This document shows, one piece after another, positions 41,648-55,771 of a DNA stretch of 64,000 nt (positions are counted from its first letter, which is position 1; every line of letters starts with the position of its first letter). Source of the stretch: Eledone cirrhosa (taxonomy: Eukaryota); the NCBI GenBank assembly GCA_964016885.1, contig OZ024752.1:21576001-21640000 (forward strand), read 5' to 3'. The notes beneath the pieces were generated by a model. That model saw nothing but the letters and a program-made list of their open reading frames with translations. It was not told the DNA's origin and made no database searches. The position numbers and the translations under genes are program-made.

Positions 41648-41679
<32 letters not shown>

Positions 41680-41754
41680 GGAAAATGTATGACTCCCAAC
41701 AGCAGAGCTCAAGCCGTTTCGACGGCTATTTCTGGATATATATATAGAGAGAAT

Positions 41755-43380
41755 TAGTTTTGCGAGGTTTTTGATATGAAATCGTGTGTCGAAACAAATA
41801 TTGTTATACTTGGGGAGGGTCATATTTGTGTAATAATATTGCCAGAATTAATAACAGAACACACTCACTGTTTGGTTGGTTTTCGCTTCTGAATTTTTTA
41901 TATCGGTTAATTTAATTTATTTGGTCCTCAGTGTTACCATTGACTGACCAACTGTCAAAAATACAGATACAATATAGACACAAACACATATATATAGTCT
42001 AACAAAGTTCTTTCGTTGCACATCTGCAACATGGTCAGTGGTGCTATTATGTTTCCTCCTGTTGTATTGTATGTCTACGCCATCTTTATTTAGTCTGTTT
42101 ATTTATTTATTTATTTGTTTATTTTTTTGTCTTCTCTGCGCATGTGTTTGCGTGTGTATAGTGTTTTGTTTGATGTGTGTTCATGTTTGGGTGACTGTGT
42201 ATTGGTTATTGTATTCTATCTTAGTTTACTAGTGTGTGTTTATATGTATTTGTTGTTATTGTGCTTGTGTATGTATGTATTTATTTATTTATTTATTTAT
42301 ACTTCTCTTAGGTCAGAGTTGTTTGTTTGGGTGTTGTTATTCCATTCATTTTTTCTGTTTAGCTTTGGCCTTCTAAGTTCTATTTCGCTGGCCTCTCTGA
42401 TTTGCCTATCTGCTGGGTCATTTCTATGTTTAGATATTATTCTAATTTCTATGTTGTCTATGTTACCGTTGTGTTGTTGTCTGGCATGTTCTATAGTACT
42501 GAACCGTTTTTTCGTCCTTTTAGTTCCCCCCAGTGTTGGTCTATCCTTTCACCTATGCTACGACCTGTCTCGCCTATGTATGTTGTTGTCATGTTTCTGC
42601 AAGTACCCTCTGTATCTCTTATACTATAGACTACGTTTCTAGTTTTACAGTTTATCCGGGGGTTTACTTTACATATGATACATTTCCTATTAGTACAGTG
42701 GGTTTTCTTAAAAGGGTAGGTTTTGCTGATCAGGGATTTTATGGGGGTTCCTAGCTTTTCTACCACCTTCATCTTTAAGTGGGTCTTTCTCAGGGCCTTT
42801 CTACACTGGTTAGCTAATTTCCCTCCAGGGGTAGCGTCCACAAACATGACACTCTGGTATCTCTGGTTATCGTACCATGAGGTGGCTTTCCCTATCTTAT
42901 GTCTAGTCCTATCTAAGCTATTGGAATAGCTTAGATATCTATTGGAATAGCTCAGAAAAAATGAATGGAATAACAACTACACCAAAACAAACAACACTGA
43001 CCTAAGAGAAGTATAAATAAATAAATAAATAAATAAATAAATACATACACAAGCACAATAACAACAAACACATATAAACACACACTAGTAAACTAAGATA
43101 TGGCATAAGCATACAATACAACGGGAGGAAACATAATAGCACCACTGACCATGTTGCAGATGTGCAACGAAAGAACTTTGTTAGACTATATATATGTGTT
43201 TGTGTCTATATTATATCTGTATTTTTGACCGTTGATCAGTCAATGGTAACATTGAGGACCGAATAAATTAAATTAACCGATATAAAAGATACAGAAGCGA
43301 AAACCAACCAAACAGTGAATGTGTTCTGTTATTAATTCTGGCAATATTATTACACAAATATGACCCTCACCAAGTATATA
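41755..43380 (-). mobile_element. 5'-truncated PLE (Zn-finger linker + GIY-YIG) with inverted pLTR
   Basis: ORF 42491-42976 reads VMFVDATPGG..CTNRKCIIC..CKTRNVVYSI..YIGETGRSIGERIDQH. ~41810-42355 mirrors ~42950-43375. Confidence 0.85.
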
Positions 43381-43895
43381 TATATAGATATATATAAATA
43401 AAAAGACCAATGGAAACATTGTTTCTTTGGTCTGATCTGATGAGTTCCACCCCACTCGATAAGCAAATGAGGTCTGTGATCTTGTCAATTTGGATTATCT
43501 ATATAACATATAGGCACCACTACATATTTTACATAGATCTCATATTTTTTATTAACGTTCACTGTATGTATTTCACTGTCATACATGATATTCCACACAT
43601 CTAACACTCACTACACATAGTCTTCTTCATCTACTGCCCATGTTTCACAATTATATCATGCTAAACATCTTATGAATACCTCATATAGTCTCCTACATTC
43701 ACTGTCCATATGTCTCTGCCATATATATATCGTAGTAAAGTGGGTGATAGTATGGTAGAGTATACACCCATAATTCTTGAGTGAGTCTTAGGTGGGGTGG
43801 AATATTGACATAAAATGTTTCTAGGGCACTTTTTAAACCTGGTGGAGACAATTTCCTCTCCAGGTTTGAACACAGCAGATTTCTTCCAGAGAAGG

Positions 43896-46133
43896 ACAGT
43901 TGAACTGTTGAACTGTAGAACTGTTGAACTGTAGAACTGTTGAACAGTTGAACTGTAGAACTGTTGAAGTGAAGAACTGTAGAACTGTTGAACTGTTGAA
44001 CTGTTGAACTGTAGAACTGTAGACCTGTTGAACTGTAGAACTGTTGAACTGAAGAACTGTAGAACTGTTGAACTGTAGAACTGTTGAAGTGAAGAACTGT
44101 AGAACTGTTGAACTGAAGAACTGTAGAACTGTTGAACAGATTAATTGTAGAACTGTAGAACTGTTGAGCTGTTGAACTGTAGAACTGTAGAACTGTAAAA
44201 TTGTTGAACTGTAGAACTGAAGAACTGTAGAACAGTTGAACTGTAGAACTGTTGAACTGAAGAACTGTTGAACTGTTGAACTGTAGAACTGTTGAACTGT
44301 AGAACTGTTGAACTGTAGAACTGTTGAACTGTTCAACTGTAGAACTGTTCAACTGTTCAACTGTAGAACTGTTGAACTGTAGAACTGAAGAACTGTTGAA
44401 CTGTAGAACTGTTGAACTGTAGAACTGTTGAACTGTAGAACTGTTGAACTGTAGAACTGTTGAACTGTTGAACTGTAGAACTGTTGAACTGTAGAACTGA
44501 AGAACTGTTGAACTGTAGAACTGTTGAACTGTAGAACTGTAGAACTGTTGAACTGTAGAACTGAAGAACTGTTGAACTGTAGAACTGTAGAACTGAAGAA
44601 CTGTAGAACAGTTGAACTGAAGAACTGTTGAACTGTTGAACTGTTGAACTGTTGAACTGTAGAACTGTAGAACTGTTGAACTGTTGAACTGTAGAACTGT
44701 TGAACTGTAGAACTGTTGAACTGTAGAACTGTTGAACTGTTGAACTGTAGAACTGTTGAACTGTAGAACTGAAGAACTGTTGAACTGTAGAACTGTTGAA
44801 CTGTAGAACTGAAGAACTGTAGAACTGTAGAACTGTTGTACTGTAGAACTGTTGAACTGTTGAACTGTAGAACTGTTGAACTGTAGAACTGAAGAACTGT
44901 TGAACGGTAGAACTGTTGAACAGTAGAAGTGTTGAACTGTAGAACTGTAGAACTGTTGAACTGTACAACTGAAGAACTGTTGAACTGTACAACTGTTGAA
45001 CAGTAGAAGTATTGAACTGTAGAACTGTAGAACTGTTGAACTGAAGAACTGTAGAACTGTTGAACAGATTAATTGTAGAACTGTAGAACTGTTGAGCTGT
45101 TGAACTGTAGAACTGTAGAACTGTAAAATTGTTGAACTGTAGAACTGTAGAACTGAAGAACTGTAGAACAGTTGAACTGTAGAACTGTTGAACTGAAGAA
45201 CTGTTGAACTGTTGAACTGTAGAACTGTTGAACTGTAGAACTGTTGAACTGTTGAACTGTAGAACTGTTGAACTGTAGAACTGAAGAACTGTTGAACTGT
45301 AGAACTGTTGAACTGTAGAACTGTTGAACTGTAGAACTGTTGAACTGTAGAACTGTTGAACTGTAGAACTGTAGAACTGTAGAACTGAAGAACTGTTGAA
45401 CTGTAGAACTGTTGAACTGTAGAACTGTAGAACTGTTGAACTGTAGAACTGAAGAACTGTTGAACTGTAGAACTGTAGAACTGAAGAACTGTAGAACAGT
45501 TGAACTGTAGAACTGTTGAACTGTTGAACTGTAGAACTGTTGAACTGTAGAACTGAAGAACTGTTGAACTGTAGAACTGTTGAACTGTAGAACTGTTGAA
45601 CTGTTGAACTGTTGAACTGTAGAACTGAAGAACTGTTGAACTGTAGAACTGTTGAACTGTAGAACTGAAGAACTGTAGAACTGTAGAACTGTTGTACTGT
45701 TGAACTGTAGAACTGTTGAACTGTTGAACTGTAGAACTGTTGAACTGTAGAACTGAAGAACTGTTGAACGGTAGAACTGTTGAACAGTAGAAGTGTTGAA
45801 CTGTAGAACTGTAGAACTGTTGAACTGTACAACTGAAGAACTGTTGAGCTGTACAACTGTTGAACAGTAGAAGTATTGAACTGTAGAACTGTAGAACTGT
45901 TGAACTGTTGAACTGTTGAACTGTAGAACTGAAGAACTGTTGAACTGTAGAACTGAAGAACTGTAGAACTGTAGAACTGAAGAACTGTAGAACTGTTGAG
46001 CTGTTGAACTGTAGAACTGTAGAACTGTTGAACTGTACAACTGAAAAACTGTTGAACTGTAGAACTGTTGAACAGTAGAAGTATTGAACTGTTGAACTGT
46101 AGAACTGTAGAACTGTAGAACTGTAGAACTGAA
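43896..46133. repeat. ~2.2 kb minisatellite of variant 8-mers (GAACTGTT/GAACTGTA/GAACTGAA)
   Basis: About 280 units. Rare variant blocks recur at offsets of 928 bp (44136/45064) and 864 bp (44902/45766). Confidence 0.95.
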
Positions 46134-46749
46134 GTGAGGATGTAATAATGATAACACTGTATGTAATTCTGTGGCAACAGAAAGAATTGTGTACTCCTCA
46201 AACCATCAGAGATGTCAGACTGTACTTCGAACCAGTTGGATAGAGTTTTGTACCCCCGTTTAGCTGAAGCATAATATATAGGCAAAAAACACGAGCACAC
46301 TTGAAACACGTGATTGTGATATGATTTGCTGCCATTAAATAATTAAACAATTACACAGCACTTGTTAGGTAACAATCAATATGAGTTCAATACGTGACAC
46401 TCACCACCTCAATAAGAAAATCGATTTGATGGGGGTTCTCTTTCTGCTGGATTGCCAGTTAATTCCTATCATCTCGTCAATTCCATGCTTTTGAGGTTCG
46501 AATTGCCTCGGCGTCTTTATATTGATGTATAAGCATCACAGTTTAGAATGACAAATACATTTAATTTGAATTAAATGGTGCTCCTCGTCCCTTGATGTTC
46601 TAAGCATATGCTTATTTTACTTAATGGTGATCAGACTAATTCTAGTAGAAAGCAGTTGGGTAGATAGCGTCCAACATTTAATTAATTCATTTTAATTAAA
46701 CATGGAATGCAAGAGGGAGAGATTCTGATGTTTCGTAGCAGAGTGACAA

Positions 46750-46796
46750 CCTCAGACATGTTTTGGTCTTATCACACCTCATCAGCAAAGTAAACT
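46750..46796 (-). ncRNA. Degenerate minimal hammerhead motif
   Basis: Minus strand CTGATGA-ggt(gtgataag)acc-AAAA-catg-TC. G12 is mutated; the stem III loop is palindromic. Confidence 0.45.
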
Positions 46797-48164
46797 TTGT
46801 TAATGCAGGATCTTATTCATTATCTGTGTTCCATTACCATACACCATCACATCTCCGTGGATTCCAATGATAAGTGTTCTAATTGTCTGATCAATGGAAC
46901 ACCTTGCTCATGAAATTAATCTGTAAGTGGCAGAGCATTCCACATACACATGCATCCTCACCCTTATTGTAATTGTCAGGGAGATTCAGTGTGACATAGT
47001 GTGTGACAAGGCTGGCCCTTTGAATTCAGATACAACCAATTTTTACCAGTTGACTAAACTGGAGCAATGTGAAATAAAGTGTCTTGCTCAAGGACACAAT
47101 GTACTACTGGGAATCAAACCTATGACCTTAAGATGGAAACTGAATACTCTAACCACTAAACCACATGCCATCACATACACTATATATATAGTCTTTTACT
47201 TTCACTAGTGTTGTTGTTTTTAACCCAGGTTAGTCTTGACCAAGTAGTTCTATGGTCAAGGACAGTTTGGCCATGTCCATTCCTTCGTTTATTACAATCA
47301 TAGTATATCTATGACTACGTTATTAATGTGACCTTTACTGTTTAAGTTAGTAGAGTGTGATTTTGGGAAGATTTAGCTGCTCTTTCTAGTAAACCAATTG
47401 ACTATGGAGAAGATCCCTTTAACAGTTTTATTTTACTGGTGATGTTAGTGAAGAAATTTACTGTAGTAGTAGTAGTAGTAGTAGTAGGTGTAGTAGTAGT
47501 AGTAGTAGTAGGCATAGTAGTAGGTGTAGTAGTAGGTCTAGTAGTAGTAGTAGTAGTGATGGTGATGGGGTGGCTGTGGTAATAGTATTAGTAGTATTAG
47601 TGGTCATGATAGTGATGGTAGTGATGGTGTTGAAGTTCGTATTGTGGTGGAAGTAGGGATCAAAGTAAGACAACCAGCAGTTATATTTGATTAGAATACT
47701 TATTTGTACTGAAAGGCGGAGTCAAATTGTAAGATAACCATATTTGGTGGTGGGCAGGCCATTAACTATAGAATAACTAGCTCTCAGCCTTAGCAGAGTT
47801 CAAGATATTAAGAAGGTGAGGGATAGGTGTAATGGTTATAGAAATATATTATGGATGAAGGTAAGGGTAATAAATCATGCAGGCTGTAAATTGGAGCTAG
47901 TTTTTATGACAGAATACTGTGTATATGTTGCTGTACTTAGATGTATATAAACACTGGTTTAATAAATTATTGGTGCTTTAATACTGTTTTGTTTTGATAC
48001 GATAGAATATATCTATAGATTTTAGTCAACACTCTATGTAACAGACAGATGTAAACACCATGTCTTTAAATAAAATACTTTCGTGGACAAAAAAAGAAGG
48101 ATCAGTTCGACTAGTTTCAATCTTGTGACTAGTTTCAATCAGTGACTGAGCCATTTCTTTGACT

Positions 48165-49310
48165 GTCCATATAGATGGCAAAACTCTCTGCAATGGGGGT
48201 GAAGGATGATCTTTTTAACTGGTTGAAGTCCTTCATTCTCAGTCGAAGAGAGGTAGTCACGGTTCTGGGACAGCATTCCTCACCATATGAGATGTCATCT
48301 GGTGTACCACAGGGATCTGTTCTTGGCCCCCTTTTGTTTGTGGCATATATTAATGACATAGATGCCAACTTAAGGAATGCCATAGTACTAAAGTACGCAG
48401 ACGACATCAAGCTGTACCTTGAGATAAAAAGGACAGATCCTGAACACTATAGATCTTGCTTGCAGTCTGACCTGGACACAATGCAACAATGGATCTCAGA
48501 CTGGCAACTCAAGCTAGCTGTGGACAAGTGCACCACCATGCATTTTGGGAGTAAAAACCCAGCATCCACATACTCCCTCCACAGCACTAATATCAAGAAG
48601 TCTTCCTGTGAACGTGACCTGGGCATTACAGTCAGCAGCGATTTGCGTGTTGGACGAGGCACGTCTCTAAAATTGTCAAGAGGGCCGAGGGTGTCTTAGC
48701 ATCACTCAGCAAGACCTTTGTCAGCCGCTCTCCAGATATCTATTTAAGGCTGTATACAGCTATGGTGCGACCACACTTAGAATTTGCATCACCAGTCTGG
48801 AACCCCTATCTTGCTCAGGACATTGACCACCTGGAAACTGTTCAGAGACGTGCAACCAAGCGAATACCCTCCATCAGGCATCTACCATACTCTGAGCGCC
48901 TTGCTTCCCTGGGCATGGATTCATTGAAGCTTCGACGCCTGGCAACTGACTTGGTAAACACCCACAAAATTGTTAACCATGTTGCCAACAACAACCCTGA
49001 GTACCTTTTTGATTTCCATGTGTCTAACACACGTGGACATGCCCACAAAGTAAGAAAACAGCACAGTTCCCATGACTTTCGGAAACATTTTTTCACGCTC
49101 AGAGTTGCTGAAGCATGGAACAAACTACCTGCATCAGTTGTTAGCTGTTGAGACACTGCATCCTTTAAGGCCTCCATGCTTCCCGAGATCCACCAACACT
49201 ACAGCTAACACATACACACATGTACTTCCCTGACATTTGTGTATTATTCTATGTACTATATTGATGAGTTGTAGTGCACCTGAGCACTTTACACAATAAT
49301 TTCATTATCA
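48165..49310 (+). mobile_element. 5'-truncated CR1-type LINE (RT C-terminal half)
   Basis: SGVPQGSVLGPLLF, YADD, ERDLG, VRPHLEFASPVWNP, TRGH, FFTLRV..WN.LP. Confidence 0.9.
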
Positions 49311-49439
49311 TAATGTTTATAAACCCACTGTTACTATGGTCTTGATTAAATTATATTAGATTAATAAATTATAGTTCATTAACAGTGTTTTACTTCAATA
49401 TTATACTGTACTCCTTCTGGTCATACTGCCACACGATTA

Positions 49440-50330
49440 TGTGGTCAATTAGGTGCGAGTGTTTGGACCATGCGTGCATCCAGGTCATTTTTAGTTTGTT
49501 TTTCTATTGAAAGATGGTGTTTGTAATGACAAGCTCCCACACAGCATAGAATTTCAGAAGTAACCATCCATCGTCATTACAGTTTCCCACACAATGTTTC
49601 CTGATCACACCCTTCCAGGTCTCAGCCTCACAGTCTCCAAGTATGATAACTTTGTCATAAATGGGGATGGCTCACAGGACATTTCTCATATCTGAGTAGA
49701 ACTTGTCCTTGTCCACAGGATCTGCCTGAAGCATCAGAACATAGATGCTTATAAGAGTGACATGCTACTGATCATAGAGAGGGAGGTGCATGGACATAAT
49801 GTGGTCACTGTGGCCTGTTAGATAGTGTGAGAGTTTGGAGGTGATGGAGTCTCTGATAATGAAGCCAACTCCTTCAAGGCATTTCTCCTCCTTTGATTTC
49901 CCTTCTAGTAGAGTGTGTAGGCTGTGCTATGCTCCCTTTGGCATGCCCATTTCATTGAGTGCTGCAACATCGATACCCAGTCTAAGGAGTTTGTGAGTGG
50001 CCAAGGCTGAGTGGCACTCTAGCTGGTTGCTATTTGCAGTGACAAGCAGTGTCCTGATGTTCCAACGCACTATAGTAAATTTAAACTTGGACCCAACTTT
50101 GATGGCATTTGGTGTATACTTTTTCTTCATTAATATAGTATGACCTCAGAAAAGATGCCCTTTGGTCATAGCGAACCAACTGAGTGTATTGGAACTAGGT
50201 TTTTGGGACTATCTTTTCTAGGCCCTCCTCCATGTGGATCAGGCAGTGCTATTCCTAAGAGGGCCGCTCAGATGTTCAGAGAGCTGCTGGATGAGTCTGT
50301 TGTCTCTAAGTCAGTACCAGATGACATTCT
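49440..50330 (-). mobile_element. Decayed RTE/BovB-like 5' fragment (5'UTR + APE)
   Basis: WNIRTLL...LGIDVAALNE, followed by degenerate APE sequence. Confidence 0.65.
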
Positions 50331-50655
50331 GCCCTGTAGTATAGAATATATTTACAGATTTTAGCCAACATTAGGGAATATACAAATAGTGTTTACACCT
50401 TTGATTACACACAGATCAGTGATTTTGGATCTCTTCCAGAAGGCGAATGATGAGGTTGATAACTGCTTTTGTTTGTTCATTCTTCATCTTCTCGATACCT
50501 TTTCTCTTACCCAAGTTTAGTTTTTTCCGTATGTATTTTACACATAATGCTTTGCTTACTCATTGTTAAAATTATTAAAAATAGTACTGTTCTTCTTTTG
50601 ATTTTTTCAGGTTTTCTACCTCCTCTCACCTGTTTCTTTACTTCCTGCCAACACC

Positions 50656-51006
50656 ATGCAAGCTACAGGTGTATTCACATGGCGACAGCCGATGGACGTT
50701 AGCCTATACCCACCAGTAGGGAACCCTTGTGCCTACTTACTAGAAAATGCTCTCTGCTATATCATATCTGGATTGTTGCTGCTGGTTGTTGGAGTTATTA
50801 TCACATCACTGACCTTTCAGAATCTTGAGGACTATAAAAATGAGCATGTCAACCGATATGCAGGGCCTGTCCTGATAGGGGCAGGGATTTTGGTTATCGC
50901 TCGCGGTGCCTTAAGTCACCTTTGCCCCCAAAGGTCACAGTTTGCTCGGCAAAGGTCTTTGCTGCGGAGATATGTGCGAGAGCTGTATACGAGGCCTATA
51001 TTGGGG
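50656..51006 (+). CDS. First coding exon of a host gene encoding a small two-TM membrane protein (TMEM200/PIRT-like topology); exon 50611-51006
   Basis: Polypyrimidine acceptor ttttttcag at 50610, ACCATG start, GGG|GTAGGT donor in phase 0. TM1 YIISGLLLLVVGVIITSLTF, TM2 YAGPVLIGAGILVIA, then a basic tail. Non-repetitive with no TE motifs. It could instead read through to the stop at 51024. Confidence 0.75.
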
Positions 51007-51843
51007 GTAGGTAGATTATGTTGAAATTTTTATTTTTATATCTTATACCTATAAAAACAATTTATATAATAAATATGATTTACAAAAGAAAGAAAAGAAA
51101 ATCAATTAAAATTAAAGAACCCTACCTGCAGAGAAGACATGCACATTCAATTACATGTGACAACATAGAATGCTAGTATTTCCCACAGGCTAAGGCACTG
51201 GAATAGCCAAACACCGTCATGAGTCTCACCTGATACTTCTGTAAGGCAAACTGCCAACGATGATTAAAAACTTGCTCTCTTGAACATCTTGAATGCCACT
51301 AGCTGAAAAATGTAGTTTATTAATAAATCATGGTATTTCAGTAATTTATTTCATATGACTATGGATGCAGTGACCCTTCAACCACCTTTTCCCATACATA
51401 TAGGATGTTAGAAGGAGCAAAAGACATATTGACAATGGCCAGTGCTGGACTTACCTATAAACTAAATAAGCTATAGCTTTGGGCCATACCCTCAAGGGTC
51501 TCATTTTTTAAAAGTGTTTATATTTATCTAAAAATATAATTTTATGTAAGAAGCTTTGTTAAGTTATATTCCAAACATCAACTTAATAACAAGTTAGTTA
51601 TATTATTAAATCCCTCCAAATTCTTGATTATTTTCAAAATTATTTGAAAATCATAGGCGATGTCTTTCATTTGAAATCTAGTGATGATGGGGTTAATACA
51701 CCCTCCCAGAAAGCAATAAAATTAATTCTAGTAATAAGACTGAGATTAATTCTGTTCACTATAATTATGAATATTTGCCTTGCTTTACAAGAAAAGAAAT
51801 TAATAAATTTATTGAAATTAATTCACTGATCATATCATATCAT

Positions 51844-51879
<36 letters not shown>

Positions 51880-51981
51880 TTTTATATTGCAACACATGTA
51901 TAAACTTGCTTTACTTGCTCACAGCTAGCTCTTATGGGGGGGTTTCAAAGCTTTGCTATGCTCACATTTTAAAAATCCATT

Positions 51982-54900
51982 ATCATCATCATCATCATCA
52001 TTTTACGTCCGCTTTTCCCTGCTTGCAAGGGTGGGATGGGTCCTATTCAGCTCAGCTTCTCTCCATTTGTCACGGTCCTTCGTCATCTCCTCTGTGAGCT
52101 TCAGCGAAACCTTTCTTTGTCAACAGCAGACGTAGCTCCCTAAACTTCTTTCAACCCATCCTTATTCTAGATACTATGGCCTTGGAGCACCCTCCTCCAT
52201 TGCTAATTTGATCACCTAGGTATCGGAAGCTATCAACCACCTCTAGAGATCCTACCTGTATTTGAAAAATGTGTCTATCACTGTGACTTCTACTGTCAAA
52301 TTTCCCTGTACATCTACTGCATATATAGTTTTCCCTTCCTGTTAATTTGCCTACTATCCCACTACATCTCTTGTGTACCCAAGTTCTGCATTGTGTACAT
52401 TCTATAGAATTTATGCCAACTCCTTTTCTGCATATCGAACATGGCCATTTCCCTGACGGAATCAGAGTTTTGTCATCTTTTCTACTTATCAACACTTTTG
52501 TCTTAGCTAGGTTCACTCTCAGTCCTCTTGCTTCCAACTGCTGTTTCCATCGCCAGAATTTATTCTCTAGCTCCTCTACTGATTCTGCTATAAGAACCAA
52601 ATCGTCAGCATAGAGAAGTTCCCATGGACAGCCAGTCTTAAACTCCTCTGTTATGGCTTGGAGAACCATAATGAACAACAGCGGGCTGAGGACCGAACCC
52701 TGATGTACTCCTACTTATATCTGGAATTCCTCACTAAACTCCATTCCTACTCTCACTTTACTGACAGTACATAGCTTGCACTGTCCTCACAAGCCATTCC
52801 TCTACACCTAGTTTTCTTAGGGACCACCAGATGACAGATCAAGGTACTCTATCAAAGGCCTTCTCTAGGTCAACAAAAGCTAAGTACAGTGGCTTATTCT
52901 TCTCTAAAAACCTCTCTTGTAGTTGTCTCACTAAGAAGAGGGCATCTGTTGTACTTTTCGCTGGCACAAAACTGCATCTCTTCTAATTTGACCCTTTCTC
53001 TAATTAGTTGTGCTAGTATTCTTTCTGCCACTTTCATAACCTGATCCATCAGTTTTATGCTCCTATAATTGCTCCTCTCCAGAGCATCCCCTTTACCTTT
53101 GTAGCAATTTATGAGAATACTGCTGCACCAGTCTTTGGGTATGACACCACCATATATAGCTTGATTGATGGTATGTGCAACCAGTTTCATTCCTACTTCT
53201 GATGCCATCAGCATCTCAGCAACTATCCCTGATGGTCCAGTGGCCTTACCACTTTTCATTTCCCTAATTGCCTCTTTGACCCTATAATGGTCAATCTCAA
53301 TAGCTGGTCCCTCATTTGGGTCTACTGGGGTAGTTTCTCTCTCTCCCATTTGTTCTCAACATTCATCAGTCTCTCATAATGACATTTCCAGGCCTCCTTT
53401 TTCCGAGCATCAGTGACACCATCATCATTTTGGACACACTTATCTCCAACAACATCCTGATTTACACTGACACACTGCCTTGCAATGCGGAACACCGCAC
53501 ATCTCTGATCTTCTAGTCACAGAACATTGGCAAATCTCCTACTCTCAGCTTCCCTTCATGCTAAGTACACCTGAGATCTAGCCTCTGTTTTAGCGGTTGT
53601 GTATCAGTCTCTACTCCCACCATTTTTCCAAGCCTTCCATGTTAGTCTTTTGTCTCTAATGGCCCTATCTACCTTGCTGTTCCACCACCAGGTCACCCTC
53701 TGTCTGGTCAGAGCTTTGCTCCATCCACAAGTCTCTTCAGTTGCTTGCAATAGGTTGTCACATAAGAACTTCCAGTTATCTTCTATGTCATACAATTCTA
53801 ATTCATCTTCTTTCTTGTCATACACATCTTGAAGGCCTTTCCTAAATTTATATTTAAGTGAAAGATCTTTTAGCTGCCAGACCTTCCTTTTCACTACCTT
53901 CCTGTGTGCATCATTCTGTCTCTTGCTTATTGATATGTCACTAACGACTAACCTATGTTGGGAGTACATTCTTCCCCAGGGTGTGCCTTAATATTCGAAA
54001 CCATCTGTCTGTCTCGTTGCCTAACTAGCAAGAAGTCAATCTGGCTTATGTGCTCGCTGGCAGGTTTCCTGAAGTTGCAAATGGTTAGTGCATTTGCATC
54101 ACAAAATTCAAGAAGCCTCACACCTTTGTTTCTTGAGTCATAACCATGACCCCTATGTACCCCAGTGTATCCATCCTGGAGCTGTCCAACATGACCATTG
54201 AAGTCCCCTGCTAGTATAACTAGGTCTCTGTCCTCTGTCATTGTGGTTGTCTCTAGAAGTTGCTCATAAAAGCAGTCCTTCTCTTCTTTACCTAGGCTCA
54301 CCTGGGGAGCATAGGAAGTGAAAATTGTCAGCAGTTTACTAATCTAATCTTAATTATTCTATTACTGACTCTAACTACCTCTATTGTCATATTGATCCAC
54401 CTCTCAGCCAGTAAAATGCCTACCCCACCTAACCCATCATCATTTCCTACCCAGAGAAGCTTATAGCTAAGCTGTTTGCCTGCGATTAGTCTTGCTGAGG
54501 CACCTCTCCATCTTACCTCATGCACGCAGCACACATCCACATGTCTTCTCTCCAGAATCTCCACTATCTCACCAGATCTACCTGTCAGAGTGCCAACATT
54601 AAGTGTGGCAACCCTGAGATGTGATGTCTTTCATTGTTTCTTCCTTTTCTGTAAAGAAAAATTGTTTATAATCATGTTGTGTAATTGCTTGATGACGGTC
54701 GGGGGGGGGGGGGGGGGGTTCTCGCACATGGCCCGCAGTAGCCACCCCACTACTGTGCGCAACCCTAATATGGTTAGTGTTATTGCTGTTTACTCAGATT
54801 TATTTATTTATTTGTTGTTGTGTTCATAATTGTTTTGGCATTAATATACACTGGTTGGATGCCCTTTCTAACACCAGCACCACTTTACACCATGGACTGG

Positions 54901-55200
54901 GTGCTTTTATTCATGCCACCAGCACTAGAGAGGTTGTCTTATTACTCAGAGGCCCTCTCCACCCATACTTTGGCATGGTTCTTAATAGCTGAACGCTACT
55001 ACCATTACCTCCATTTTACAGCATGGACTGGGTGCTTTTATTCATGCCACCAGCACTAGGGAAGTCGTCTTACTGGGCTTAGGGGGCTTTCCACCCCGCA
55101 CCAATTTATTCAGAGTGGTAGCTCTCCTAGACGGGTTACCTACACTATGGCTTATGGAGCCTCCGTCTGCCCCATGTCTGCTCTGAGCAGAACTGGGTTT
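51982..55200 (-). mobile_element. Near full-length decayed RTE LINE (APE, RT, PHD finger) with an internal 3' deletion
   Basis: Fragmented ORFs 54328-54564, 53948-54301, 53604-53969, 52894-53349, 52151-52678. (GAT)n tail at ~51982-52001. 5'UTR-like motif ctaggagag..actctga at ~55110-55130; the 5' boundary is uncertain. Confidence 0.9.
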
Positions 55201-55351
55201 AAGGTGCTATATGCACGAGGAAGTGGCTAGCATACATCGTCAGGCATGTATACTGGAAGTGGTGGAGGTGGGTGGAAAATAGTGAATTCCTAACACAGCT
55301 TTATTGCACAAATATATACACATAAATATTGCCACCTATATAAGAAATTAC

Positions 55352-55398
<47 letters not shown>

Positions 55399-55771
55399 TA
55401 CATATATATAATTCAAATGAGACAAAAAAACAAAATTATTTTAGAAAAATTTTCGAAAAGAAAAAATCATTTTAGATAAATTTAATGTCACGTAAATGGT
55501 TAAACCGAATGAAAATATGTTTTAATAACTAAAAACAATACAGAAACTCATCAGTATAAAAAAATGAAATCCAAATTTGACAAAAATGTAATTAAATAAA
55601 AAATTAAAACAAGATGAAAAAAAAAAAAGAAAGAGATTGCAAATTAAAAGAACAGAGAAGAAATCAAAATGAAACAGTGTCAAAATTTATAAAAAATAAA
55701 ATACAAAATCAAAAAAATGAACAACAAAAAAGGACGAAATAATCTTATTTTTTCTTTACTTTTCAGTTGGA

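Noticed and set aside
44357-46309. 650-aa minus-strand ORF as a real gene
   Set aside because: It has a non-ATG start, and its openness follows from the 8-mer composition in all frames. No splice or homology support is visible; kept only as a hypothesis in the findings.
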